From Thermodesulfobacteriota bacterium (GTDB taxonomy: Bacteria; Desulfobacterota_D; UBA1144; Nemesobacterales; JAJCZQ01), in the NCBI GenBank assembly GCA_965203965.1, contig CBDBDR010000017.1:512001-576000 (forward strand): DNA of 64,000 nt. The letters run 5' to 3'. The position numbers and the translations under genes are program-made. Position 1 is the first letter of the stretch; every line of letters begins with the position of its first letter. A model generated the notes under the pieces. That model searched no databases. It was not told the origin of the DNA and saw only the letters and a program-made list of their open reading frames with translations. Positions 22,862 to 31,570 of this stretch are shown in pieces.

Positions 22862-24117
22862 CCAATCACTTCAAAAATCCTATCCAAATCCCCGATCTTT
22901 ACCTTTACCTCACTACTCTCTGACATATTACGAATTATCAGATCACCACTTTGCACCTCTTGCTCACCAATTATTATTGCAAACATAGCATTTAGGCGGT
23001 TAGCTTTCTTCAACTGGCTTTTTAAACTCTTTGGATCATGCTCCATAACCACTGTTTTTCCGGTCTTTCTTATTTCACCCGCGACCTTAAACCCTTCAAT
23101 GAAAGAGTTATCCCCGATCCATGCTATGTAAACATCCGCACTTGGTTCAAAGCCGTCTTTTTGCAGTTGTTCATGCAGGATAACTATTCTCTCAAGACCA
23201 AGTGCAAAGCCTACCGCCGGTGTTGAATTACCTCCCATCTGCTCCACTAAACCGTTATACCTGCCTCCTGCTGCAATGGCGTTCTGGGATCCAAGCAGAT
23301 CAGTTACAAATTCAAATACCGTCTCGGTATAGTAGTCTAATCCCCTCACGATCCTGCTGTTTATCTCAAAAGGAATGGAGAGAGAGTTTAGAACGTCAAT
23401 TAACCTGTTAAAATGATCCCTGCTGTTGGTAGTAAGAAAATCAATTATAGCAGGGGCGTCATCGGTCAACTTCTTGCATTCTGCGTTTTTACAGTCCAAG
23501 ATCCGCAGTGGGTTTGTATCTAGCCTCTTCCCGCATTGTTCACACATACTTTCTCTATGCGGGGAAAGAAACTCTGCAAGGGCATCCTTATAGTTTTCTC
23601 TGGAAGTTTCATCTCCAATTGAGTTCATCTCTAACTTTACTGAACTATCAAAGCCGATACGTTCAAAAAAACTCCATAAAACACTTATGACTTCTACGTC
23701 TGCGTTTGGACTGCCTGAGCCAAAATATTCACAGCCTATTTGCGTAAAGCCCCTGTATCTTCCTTTCTGGGGTCTTTCATGCCTGAACATAGAGCCAATG
23801 TAGTAAAGTTTTGTCGTAGGGGATATTTTTCCTAAAGAATTCTCAATATAAGACCTGACGACACCAGCAGTCCCTTCGGGGCGGAGAGTAATGTAAGAGC
23901 CGTCCCTGTCCTCAAAAGTATACATTTCCTTTGTAACTATATCGGTGGTGCTGCCTATCCCTGATTGGAATACATCGGTAAACTCAAGAACTGGTATTCG
24001 TATTTCGTTGAAACCATGAGACTCTAAAACATTTCTTGCTTGTGCCTCAATGTATTGCCATCTTTTGACCTGCGAGGGCAGGACGTCATGAAATCCCCTG
24101 ACTGATTTATGCTTCAT
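22858..24117 (-). CDS. hisS: Histidine--tRNA ligase
   Basis: LRPEGTAG, FRHERPQKGRYR, IVRGLDYYT, AGGRYNGL, GFALGLER. Confidence 0.96.
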   Translation of the reverse strand: MKHKSVRGFHDVLPSQVKRWQYIEAQARNVLESHGFNEIRIPVLEFTDVFQSGIGSTTDIVTKEMYTFEDRDGSYITLRPEGTAGVVRSYIENSLGKISPTTKLYYIGSMFRHERPQKGRYRGFTQIGCEYFGSGSPNADVEVISVLWSFFERIGFDSSVKLEMNSIGDETSRENYKDALAEFLSPHRESMCEQCGKRLDTNPLRILDCKNAECKKLTDDAPAIIDFLTTNSRDHFNRLIDVLNSLSIPFEINSRIVRGLDYYTETVFEFVTDLLGSQNAIAAGGRYNGLVEQMGGNSTPAVGFALGLERIVILHEQLQKDGFEPSADVYIAWIGDNSFIEGFKVAGEIRKTGKTVVMEHDPKSLKSQLKKANRLNAMFAIIIGEQEVQSGDLIIRNMSESSEVKVKIGDLDRIFEVIG

Positions 24118-24189
24118 ACTTGAACGTGTTATTATATCCCAGCATACGACTTAAAAACATAACCGATACAATTTTGCAGCCTGATTAAA

Positions 24190-25323
24190 ATGAAAAAACC
24201 AAGAGTATGCTACGTCGGAAGCCCAGAGCTTTTTTCAAAGGGCGCAAGCTCAATATATATTATGAAAATGTGTCAAGCAATGAGCAAGATGGGTTTTCAA
24301 ATTGAATTGGTCTTTCCGAGTTACGACAGGAATAAAGATATTTTTGACTACTATGGGGTGGATGAGAGTTTTAAGATCACTGCAATCCCCTATACTAATT
24401 TCATCAATCGTCAGATCGTCCACGGTTTTGCAAGTGCGGTTTACTGCAAGATCAATAGAGACAGTTTTGACCTGATCCTAACTACAAACATTATTTGCAC
24501 CTATTTTGCAACCAAATTCTTTAACATTCCGACGATCTATGACGCACACCACCCACTGGTCAACGGTATTGCGAAGAAGATGTTCAAGAGCTTTAAAGAT
24601 TCTGACAATCTACTGAAAGTTACTGCCAATTCTGGGGGACTTGCAAATATGTATATCAAGGAAGGGTTAAACAAAGAAAAATTGATCGTTTCCCATAATG
24701 GGGTGGAAATTGAAAGGTTTCAAACCGACGCGTCAATTTCTGACCTCAGAAGAGAGCTTGGATTGCCTGCTGACGTAAAAATAGTCTGTTATTGCGGAAA
24801 CACTTATAGCGGCAGAGGAATTGAGATGCTGATAGAAGCCGCATTAAAATATAAAGACCTTATTTTTCTAATCGTGGGTGGGCTTGAGGATGACAATAAA
24901 CGATATGAATTTATGGCGGGCGAGCGACGTCTGAAAAATTTCTTAATAAAAGGATTTGTCCCCCACACTGAAGTTCCAAAATACCTAAAAGCGTCAGACG
25001 TATTGGTTATACCTTACTCATCAGGTATGACGATCAAAGGTGGCACAATAGCTACTGAATTCACCTCGCCAATGAAGCTGTTTGAATACATGGCAGCAGG
25101 CAAACCCATTGTTTCAAGTGCACTTCCTACAATAACCGAGATACTTGAAGACGGAAAAACGGCAGCTCTCTTTGAAGCAGATAATTTTGGTTCATTTTGC
25201 GAAAAATTGGATTTGGTTTTAAGCAACTCGGATTATTCAAAAACCTTGTCAGAAAATGTCTCATCTCAAGTGCTGAACTACACGTGGGAAGCCAGAGTGG
25301 AAAAGATCTTTGAATTGATTTAG
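24190..25323 (+). CDS. Glycosyltransferase family 4
   Basis: GT-B fold; SPMKLFEYMAAGKPIV, YTWEAR. Confidence 0.88.
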   Translation: MKKPRVCYVGSPELFSKGASSIYIMKMCQAMSKMGFQIELVFPSYDRNKDIFDYYGVDESFKITAIPYTNFINRQIVHGFASAVYCKINRDSFDLILTTNIICTYFATKFFNIPTIYDAHHPLVNGIAKKMFKSFKDSDNLLKVTANSGGLANMYIKEGLNKEKLIVSHNGVEIERFQTDASISDLRRELGLPADVKIVCYCGNTYSGRGIEMLIEAALKYKDLIFLIVGGLEDDNKRYEFMAGERRLKNFLIKGFVPHTEVPKYLKASDVLVIPYSSGMTIKGGTIATEFTSPMKLFEYMAAGKPIVSSALPTITEILEDGKTAALFEADNFGSFCEKLDLVLSNSDYSKTLSENVSSQVLNYTWEARVEKIFELI

Positions 25324-25353
25324 TTCAGCTTCAGCATTATAATTTGTGCCTTC

Positions 25354-26856
25354 ATGTATCGTCTTATAATTTTCCTATTGATCATTTTAAATACCTGTAT
25401 CAGTCCTTCCAGTTTGCAAGCCCGGCAAATACTCCTTGCAGACCAAAAAGTGGATGATCCCATAGAAAACACAGAGATCTATGATAGCACAGAACTAACT
25501 GACGAAGATCTAACAAGTAAGCCCGGCACGAGGGAATTTTTGCGCGATTCTACAATTTACTACTCCGCCCTGTGGATATTTAGAATGTTTTACGTCCGAA
25601 ATAAGAACGCGAGGATATTTGACACTTCACTTTCCAAATGGGGAAACAATATAAGTCAATTTCCGGTTAGTGATGACGGAGACCAGTTTTTTACAAATTA
25701 CGTTGTGCATCCATTTGCAGGGATGATGTCTTTTTTGTATTACCGTCAAATGGAGCATGAATTATGGGTTGCAGCATTGGGTTCGGCATTGCAAAGCACA
25801 CTATTTGAATACACCATTGAAGGACTTGTGGAGACTCCATCCTTGTCCGACCTCATATTCACGCCACTAATAGGGGTGCCGGTCGGATACGGATTGGAAA
25901 GAACATCCGACTGGTTTTATAACACAAATAGCAAATTGGGAAAAGTCGCCGCACACTTAATTAATCCAATGAGGAACCTTATTGACGACAGAAAAATTGC
26001 TCTCTTTAACCCTCTTACAGGGCAGTATGAGTTCAAGGGTACATTTCAGACCACTTTGCCGACCCACAAGCAAAAGTCCATTCAATACAGTTACCCTGTT
26101 TTGTTTGAACCAGCCTTACCCACTGGTTATTTCCGTGCTTTTATAGAAGTTGCAGAAATGGGAGACCAGTTTAATAATGGGGAGTTTATTTTTTATCACG
26201 TAAAAGCAGAGTTTCCCTCTAACGATCATTTGTACAGTGCTTACATCAGAGTTTCACAGGCAGGTGTAAACAACATAAACGGTGAAAAAGTCAGGGTCAG
26301 AGATGGATTTGAACTTGCAAACATCCTCCTTGGAGGTAAATCCGTACTATACAAGACGGAAAATTCGGCTTACACAGCGGGTTTGGAAGTCATACTGCCG
26401 TTGGCATATAAAGATAACGTTAACAGGCTGAAAACCATTTTTGATAACAGTTTAAGAGATTTTCCTTTTTATGTCAGGAAAACTTTAACTTTTACCCCTT
26501 ATATTTCCACGCTGCATTATCATAAATGGTTGAGTATTCAGAATAATATCGCTCTAGACGTGGTGACGCGTGCTCGAAAACTTGAGGGGGACGGGATTGA
26601 AACAAGGTTAAAATACAACTCTTCAGTCGGTGTATCTCCCCCATGGGAACTGACGGATGCCGTAATATTTGGCGAGTTTAACGGAATAACTACTTTTACT
26701 GCCGATACATTCAAAAATACCGATCTTTCACTTGCAGTCGGGACAAGGATAGGAAGAAGGTTTTCACCCGGATTTACAGCTCGTTTCCCGTTAAATGGGA
26801 CAACTGACGACAATACCAGATTTAGCTACACAGTAGATATGACAATCAGATTTTGA
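25354..26856 (+). CDS. Exported DUF3943-like protein with a possible C-terminal beta-barrel
   Basis: Signal peptide; DGDQFFTNYVVHPFAG...FEYTIEG..ETPSLSDL; amphipathic beta strands ending in terminal Phe. Confidence 0.6.
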   Translation: MYRLIIFLLIILNTCISPSSLQARQILLADQKVDDPIENTEIYDSTELTDEDLTSKPGTREFLRDSTIYYSALWIFRMFYVRNKNARIFDTSLSKWGNNISQFPVSDDGDQFFTNYVVHPFAGMMSFLYYRQMEHELWVAALGSALQSTLFEYTIEGLVETPSLSDLIFTPLIGVPVGYGLERTSDWFYNTNSKLGKVAAHLINPMRNLIDDRKIALFNPLTGQYEFKGTFQTTLPTHKQKSIQYSYPVLFEPALPTGYFRAFIEVAEMGDQFNNGEFIFYHVKAEFPSNDHLYSAYIRVSQAGVNNINGEKVRVRDGFELANILLGGKSVLYKTENSAYTAGLEVILPLAYKDNVNRLKTIFDNSLRDFPFYVRKTLTFTPYISTLHYHKWLSIQNNIALDVVTRARKLEGDGIETRLKYNSSVGVSPPWELTDAVIFGEFNGITTFTADTFKNTDLSLAVGTRIGRRFSPGFTARFPLNGTTDDNTRFSYTVDMTIRF

Positions 26857-26879
26857 TACCTTAATTATCTAATTCAAAG

Positions 26880-27170
26880 TTATTTGTTTTCCAATTTTTT
26901 AACAAATTTTTCAATTGGTATAGCGGACATAGTAACCAACTTTAAAGTTCCTCTTGAACCAAGTTCTATTGCTACGCGAGAGATGGTTTCGTTGTCGGGG
27001 GCTTCAAGAATATTTATAAAATCATAAGGTCCCAGCACAGCATATTGCGCATGCACCTTTACACCCATTTTCTCAAGTTCCGTATTAACTTCCTTTATCC
27101 TTTCAGGTCGCATTTTGACAGTTCTCCTGCCCTCATCCGTAAGGGTTGTAAGCATTATATACTTCCCCAC
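26880..27170 (-). CDS. GYD domain protein
   Basis: YIMLTTLTDEG, LGPYDFINILEAPD; GTG start at 27170 after GGAGG. Confidence 0.8.
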   Translation of the reverse strand: MGKYIMLTTLTDEGRRTVKMRPERIKEVNTELEKMGVKVHAQYAVLGPYDFINILEAPDNETISRVAIELGSRGTLKLVTMSAIPIEKFVKKLENK

Positions 27171-27447
27171 TTTATAAAAACCTCCACCTATGTTTAAAAA
27201 CTTCTTTGAACAGTAGAACATAATATAGATATATTCAAGTAATTCTTATCCATCCACGGGAAAACAAAAAACTATGGTAAAATTTCTTCCTAATGAACAA
27301 ACAAAGTAGAATTGGTATAGAACTCGGTAAGAAGTATAAACAACTGAGTGCCACGCTTGAGGCTGACTCTGCCTCAAATAACACTGTAAGAACTCCAAAA
27401 AAAGTGATTGAAATACTTCAATATGCTGTATTTTAGCCCTGTGAACC

Positions 27448-28158
27448 ATGAATAAGATAAAAGCTGTTTTATTTGACGCGGCAGATACGCTTTTCTACAT
27501 CAAGAACGGCTTGGGGCAGACTTACGCCGAACCAGCTCGTAGATACGGTGCGAACCCATCACCGGAACAGTTGAAAAAGGCTTTCTCAAAGCATTTTACC
27601 AAGGCTCCACCATTGGCTTTTAATACCGATGACCACAAGGAAAGAAAAAATCTGGAAAAGGATTGGTGGTATAAAGTAGTGCGTAATGTTTACACCGATA
27701 TTGGAATGTTTGAAAGATTTGATGAATATTTTAACGACCTTTTTGAAATTTTTAGAACTTATGCGTGGGCTATATTTCCAGAGACAAAAGACGTGCTTTC
27801 TCACCTTAAAAACAGGGGATACAAAATGATCGTGGTATCAAATTTTGATTCAAGAGTGTATGACGTTTGCCAAGATCTTGAAATAAAACAATATTTTGAC
27901 GATTTTGTTATATCAAGTGAAGTAGGTTATGCAAAACCTTCCATTAAAATTTTCCTTGCTGCCTTAAAAAGAAATGATCTGACCCCCGATCAATGCGTTC
28001 ACATAGGTGATAATTTCACAAACGATTATATTTGCCCGACAACCATTGGAATTAATGCACTGTTCCTTGATAGGGAAGGCAAAAGTAACTACAATGGAAG
28101 TGATAAAATAAGCAACCTTAACGAGATCATGCAAAAACTTGAAAATAAAAGTTTATGA
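27448..28158 (+). CDS. HAD-superfamily hydrolase
   Basis: FDAADTL, VSNFD, AKP..IF, HIGD..ND. Confidence 0.88.
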   Translation: MNKIKAVLFDAADTLFYIKNGLGQTYAEPARRYGANPSPEQLKKAFSKHFTKAPPLAFNTDDHKERKNLEKDWWYKVVRNVYTDIGMFERFDEYFNDLFEIFRTYAWAIFPETKDVLSHLKNRGYKMIVVSNFDSRVYDVCQDLEIKQYFDDFVISSEVGYAKPSIKIFLAALKRNDLTPDQCVHIGDNFTNDYICPTTIGINALFLDREGKSNYNGSDKISNLNEIMQKLENKSL

Positions 28159-28171
28159 CAATGACACATAG

Positions 28172-28495
28172 TTATTGTTGGTCAACGTCCTTTAAAGCCT
28201 CTTCAAATTCATCTGCCATTCCCGGATGCCCATGTCGCCTTGCGGCAGCAATACCTTTTTTATATGCCTTTTTCGCCGCTTCAACCTCTCCAATCTCCAA
28301 GTAGGATTCCGCCAGAAGCCTGAATCCTGCTCCCTCATCACTATATGAGTTAAGATAATGCAGAAGCTCATTTATTGCTTTTTCATACTCATTGAGTTTA
28401 AAGTATTCATTGGCAAGCGAATAACGTATCAAAGAATTATCAGGATTCTTTTCTAGAAGGCTCTTAAATTGTTCAAGTCTGCTTTTCTTACTCAT
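28172..28495 (-). CDS. Small TPR protein
   Basis: LLEKNPDNSLIRYSLANEY, AKKAYKKGI TPR pattern. Confidence 0.8.
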   Translation of the reverse strand: MSKKSRLEQFKSLLEKNPDNSLIRYSLANEYFKLNEYEKAINELLHYLNSYSDEGAGFRLLAESYLEIGEVEAAKKAYKKGIAAARRHGHPGMADEFEEALKDVDQQ

Positions 28496-28508
28496 TTTGA
28501 GATGATAA

Positions 28509-28538
28509 TTGCAAAATAGATCTATGATGGGGTATAAT
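28509..28538 (+). promoter_or_regulatory. Putative sigma70 promoter of the lipoprotein gene
   Basis: TTGCAA, 18 bp spacer, TATAAT, then strong SD AAGGAGG before 28585. Confidence 0.4.
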
Positions 28539-28584
28539 ATAACTGTAAAGTTAAGAAAATTTTATTTGAAGGAGGTATTGTATC

Positions 28585-29247
28585 ATGTTTAAGAGACAAA
28601 GGTTTAGTATTTTATCTTCACTGTTTTTAGTTCTCGCCATCGGAGGGATGCTGTTGGTATCGTCCTGTGACGACGATGATGATGATTCACCTGCGGCAGC
28701 GCCAGCAGGTGATGGCGCTTCGGTTACAGTTACCATAGTAGATAGGGTCAACTATGTAGGGTATTTTCTCAGTGACACCGCGGAAGGAAATCGTGACTGT
28801 CAAAGAGAAAGATTCACGCTAGCTGAATTGTCAAATGGGCTATATACAACTAGCACGGATGCTACATTTGCCGGTTTCTCTTCTCCACTCACAGGATATG
28901 TAGGGAACGTTCAGGATGCGACAGGTGAAAGCCAGATTGCACTTGGTTACGCGAACGATAACGGGTTTAACGCGGGGGCGTATTACCTTGAGCAAACAGG
29001 TGGAGACGGCACTGCATTTAATGGATTCTGGACAGGACCGGCTTTTCGTTCAGGGACAAGATTTATTTGTCCTTATGTTCTGTATCTAGAAGGAGATGAT
29101 CCTAATATTACTATAATAGACGGCGCCGGTATTACTGCTGAAAATGCAGCTATAAATCTTGCTGCTTGCCAAGCATTACCAGACTTTGCGGATGACGCCG
29201 ATTGCGTAAGATTAGATGACAGACTATTTCCCGACCCTACTTTGTAG
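28585..29247 (+). CDS. Hypothetical lipoprotein
   Basis: Basic N-terminus, hydrophobic stretch, LVSSC lipobox, poly-Asp and Ala/Pro linker. Confidence 0.75.
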   Translation: MFKRQRFSILSSLFLVLAIGGMLLVSSCDDDDDDSPAAAPAGDGASVTVTIVDRVNYVGYFLSDTAEGNRDCQRERFTLAELSNGLYTTSTDATFAGFSSPLTGYVGNVQDATGESQIALGYANDNGFNAGAYYLEQTGGDGTAFNGFWTGPAFRSGTRFICPYVLYLEGDDPNITIIDGAGITAENAAINLAACQALPDFADDADCVRLDDRLFPDPTL

Positions 29248-29285
29248 GTAGTAAAAATAAGGGAAAAATAATATAAGAAAAGAGG

Positions 29286-29969
29286 TTATTCGTAACTGAA
29301 TAGCCTCTTTTCTTTTTCTATGACTTCAGTATATCCAAACTTGCCGATAAACTTCTCTGCAACAACTCCACTAACAAGATCCGTTCCTACCAGTTCTCCA
29401 CGATCACCACACTGTTCTATGGACGTCATCTTAACGTTATTTATTCCGCATGGGATCATTAGGTCAAAAAAATCAAGGTCTGTATTTACGTTAACTGCAA
29501 GCCCGTGATAGGTAACCCATCTTTTTATTCCCACCCCAATAGATGCGATCTTACATCCTTTTGTCCAGACCCCAGTAAGTCCTTCTATCACTTGCCCTTC
29601 AATACCAAATTCCTTAAGAGCTTCTATAATTATCTTTTCCAAGTCCCTTATATACTTATGGACGTCTCTTACATGGTCATTTAGATTGATGATAGGGTAA
29701 CAGACAACCTGTCCGGGACCATGGAACGTTATATCTCCACCTCTGCTTACTTCAAAAAATTCTATATTCTTACTTTTTAGATAGCTCTCGGAAATAATGA
29801 GATTAGACCTATTGCCCCCCCTACCGATCGTTATGGTCGGCGGATGCTCAATCAACAGAAAAGAATCGTTTACCTCGTTATTGATCCTTTTCTCAAGGAG
29901 TTTGAGTTGCAAGTCCATCCCATTTTTGTAACTCATTACCCCAAGACGGTATACATCAAGTGTCTTCAT
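29286..29969 (-). CDS. lipB: Octanoyltransferase
   Basis: EHPPTITIG, RGGDITFHGPGQ, KIASIG, HGLAVN, IPCG. Confidence 0.95.
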   Translation of the reverse strand: MKTLDVYRLGVMSYKNGMDLQLKLLEKRINNEVNDSFLLIEHPPTITIGRGGNRSNLIISESYLKSKNIEFFEVSRGGDITFHGPGQVVCYPIINLNDHVRDVHKYIRDLEKIIIEALKEFGIEGQVIEGLTGVWTKGCKIASIGVGIKRWVTYHGLAVNVNTDLDFFDLMIPCGINNVKMTSIEQCGDRGELVGTDLVSGVVAEKFIGKFGYTEVIEKEKRLFSYE

Positions 29970-30013
29970 TGTAAAAACCTGCTCATCTTTCCGTAGATGG
30001 TAGTGAAAAGAAC

Positions 30014-31447
30014 TTACAGGTGTCGCGTTCTACCCAAAGTGCCCAATGCAGCTTCCATAACTGCCTCGGAAAGAGTAGGGTGGGCATGAGATGTGTATGC
30101 AATTTCAAGTGGTGTAGCTTCAAGGGAAGACGCCAATCCAAGTTCGGCTATTAACTCAGTAGCTCCGCTGCCAATAATGTGGGCACCGAGTATTTCATTG
30201 GTCTTTTTATCAGATAGTATTTTCACAAAACCTTCCGTATCACCTACTGCAACTGCTTTACCGGCGGCTTTAAACGGGAACTTTCCAACCGAGTAATCAA
30301 AACCCTGTTCCTTTGCCTGCTTTTCAGTAAGTCCGATCATACCAACTTCAGGCTGACAATAAACGCAGCCCGGTATCCTGTTGTAGTGAACTTTACTTTT
30401 TTTTATCCCATTCATTATTTCTACGGCAACGACACCCTCTTCAGAGGCTTTATGTGCCAACAGAGGGGGGCCTATAACGTCACCAATGGCATAAATACCG
30501 TTTTTAGTGGTCATATAATCCTTATCTGTTTTGATAAAACCGACACTGTCAAGTTCAACACCAACTTCACCCAGCCCCAAGCCGTCTGATTTGCCGTAAT
30601 GACTAAAAGAAGATAGAGCAGTATTTGCAACTGCCTTCCGCCCGATCGCAACCAGTACCAAAGAGGTTTTTATATTTTCTTCCTCACCTGTTTCTATGTC
30701 TTGAACGGTTACAGTTGCCGAGGTTCTTTGCTTTTTTATGGATTTATACTTGGTTCCACAACGTATTTCCACGCCATGTCGCTTAAATACCTTTTGAAGT
30801 TCTATTGCAACCTCTTCGTCTGCGCCTGGGATAATATTTTTTTCCATTTCAACGATCGTAACTTTACTGCCAAACGAGTTGTAAACATAAGCAAATTCAA
30901 CCCCGATGTAACCGCCACCGATGATCACCACGGATTTGGGAATTTCACGGTTCATAATTGCCTCATCACTGGTCATAACTACTTTGCGGTCTATTTCCAA
31001 CCCGGGGATCGTCCTTGGAACCGATCCGGTGGCTATCAGTATTTTGTCCGTCTGGATTTCAAGGTTTTCCTTGTTAAGAACTGCCACTTGGTTTTCTTTT
31101 ATGATCTTGCCAACCCCTTTCAACAAAGTGATATTGTTTTTCCCAAGTAAAAACTCAACACCTTTGTTCAAAGTTGTTGACGCATCTCGGCTCTTACCCA
31201 CTACTTTTGAGTAATCGTATGAGATCCCGCTTGTTTTGATACCATATTTCTCCGAATTGATAATGTAGTTGTAAACTTCTGCGCATTTCAGTATTGCCTT
31301 GGAAGGTATGCACCCCCAGTTTAGACAGACACCTCCAGGCTTGTCTCTCTCTATCACTGCGACATTCATACCGAGTTGTGCTGCACGTATTGCCGCTACG
31401 TAGCCACCCGGTCCGGATCCTATAATAGTTAAGTCAAATTTTTTCAT
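30014..31447 (-). CDS. lpdA: Dihydrolipoyl dehydrogenase (copy 1)
   Basis: GSGPGG, GGVCLNWGCIPSK, LAHKA, HAHPTLSE. Confidence 0.93.
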   Translation of the reverse strand: MKKFDLTIIGSGPGGYVAAIRAAQLGMNVAVIERDKPGGVCLNWGCIPSKAILKCAEVYNYIINSEKYGIKTSGISYDYSKVVGKSRDASTTLNKGVEFLLGKNNITLLKGVGKIIKENQVAVLNKENLEIQTDKILIATGSVPRTIPGLEIDRKVVMTSDEAIMNREIPKSVVIIGGGYIGVEFAYVYNSFGSKVTIVEMEKNIIPGADEEVAIELQKVFKRHGVEIRCGTKYKSIKKQRTSATVTVQDIETGEEENIKTSLVLVAIGRKAVANTALSSFSHYGKSDGLGLGEVGVELDSVGFIKTDKDYMTTKNGIYAIGDVIGPPLLAHKASEEGVVAVEIMNGIKKSKVHYNRIPGCVYCQPEVGMIGLTEKQAKEQGFDYSVGKFPFKAAGKAVAVGDTEGFVKILSDKKTNEILGAHIIGSGATELIAELGLASSLEATPLEIAYTSHAHPTLSEAVMEAALGTLGRTRHL

Positions 31448-31570
31448 TGAAACGCATATTATACCAACTATTTATATCAATCAACACAACTTACAGATCA
31501 AACCCTTATAAATACATAAAACCTTTTACTTTTATCATTATCAATTAAAATTTATAAAGAGAGATTATCT

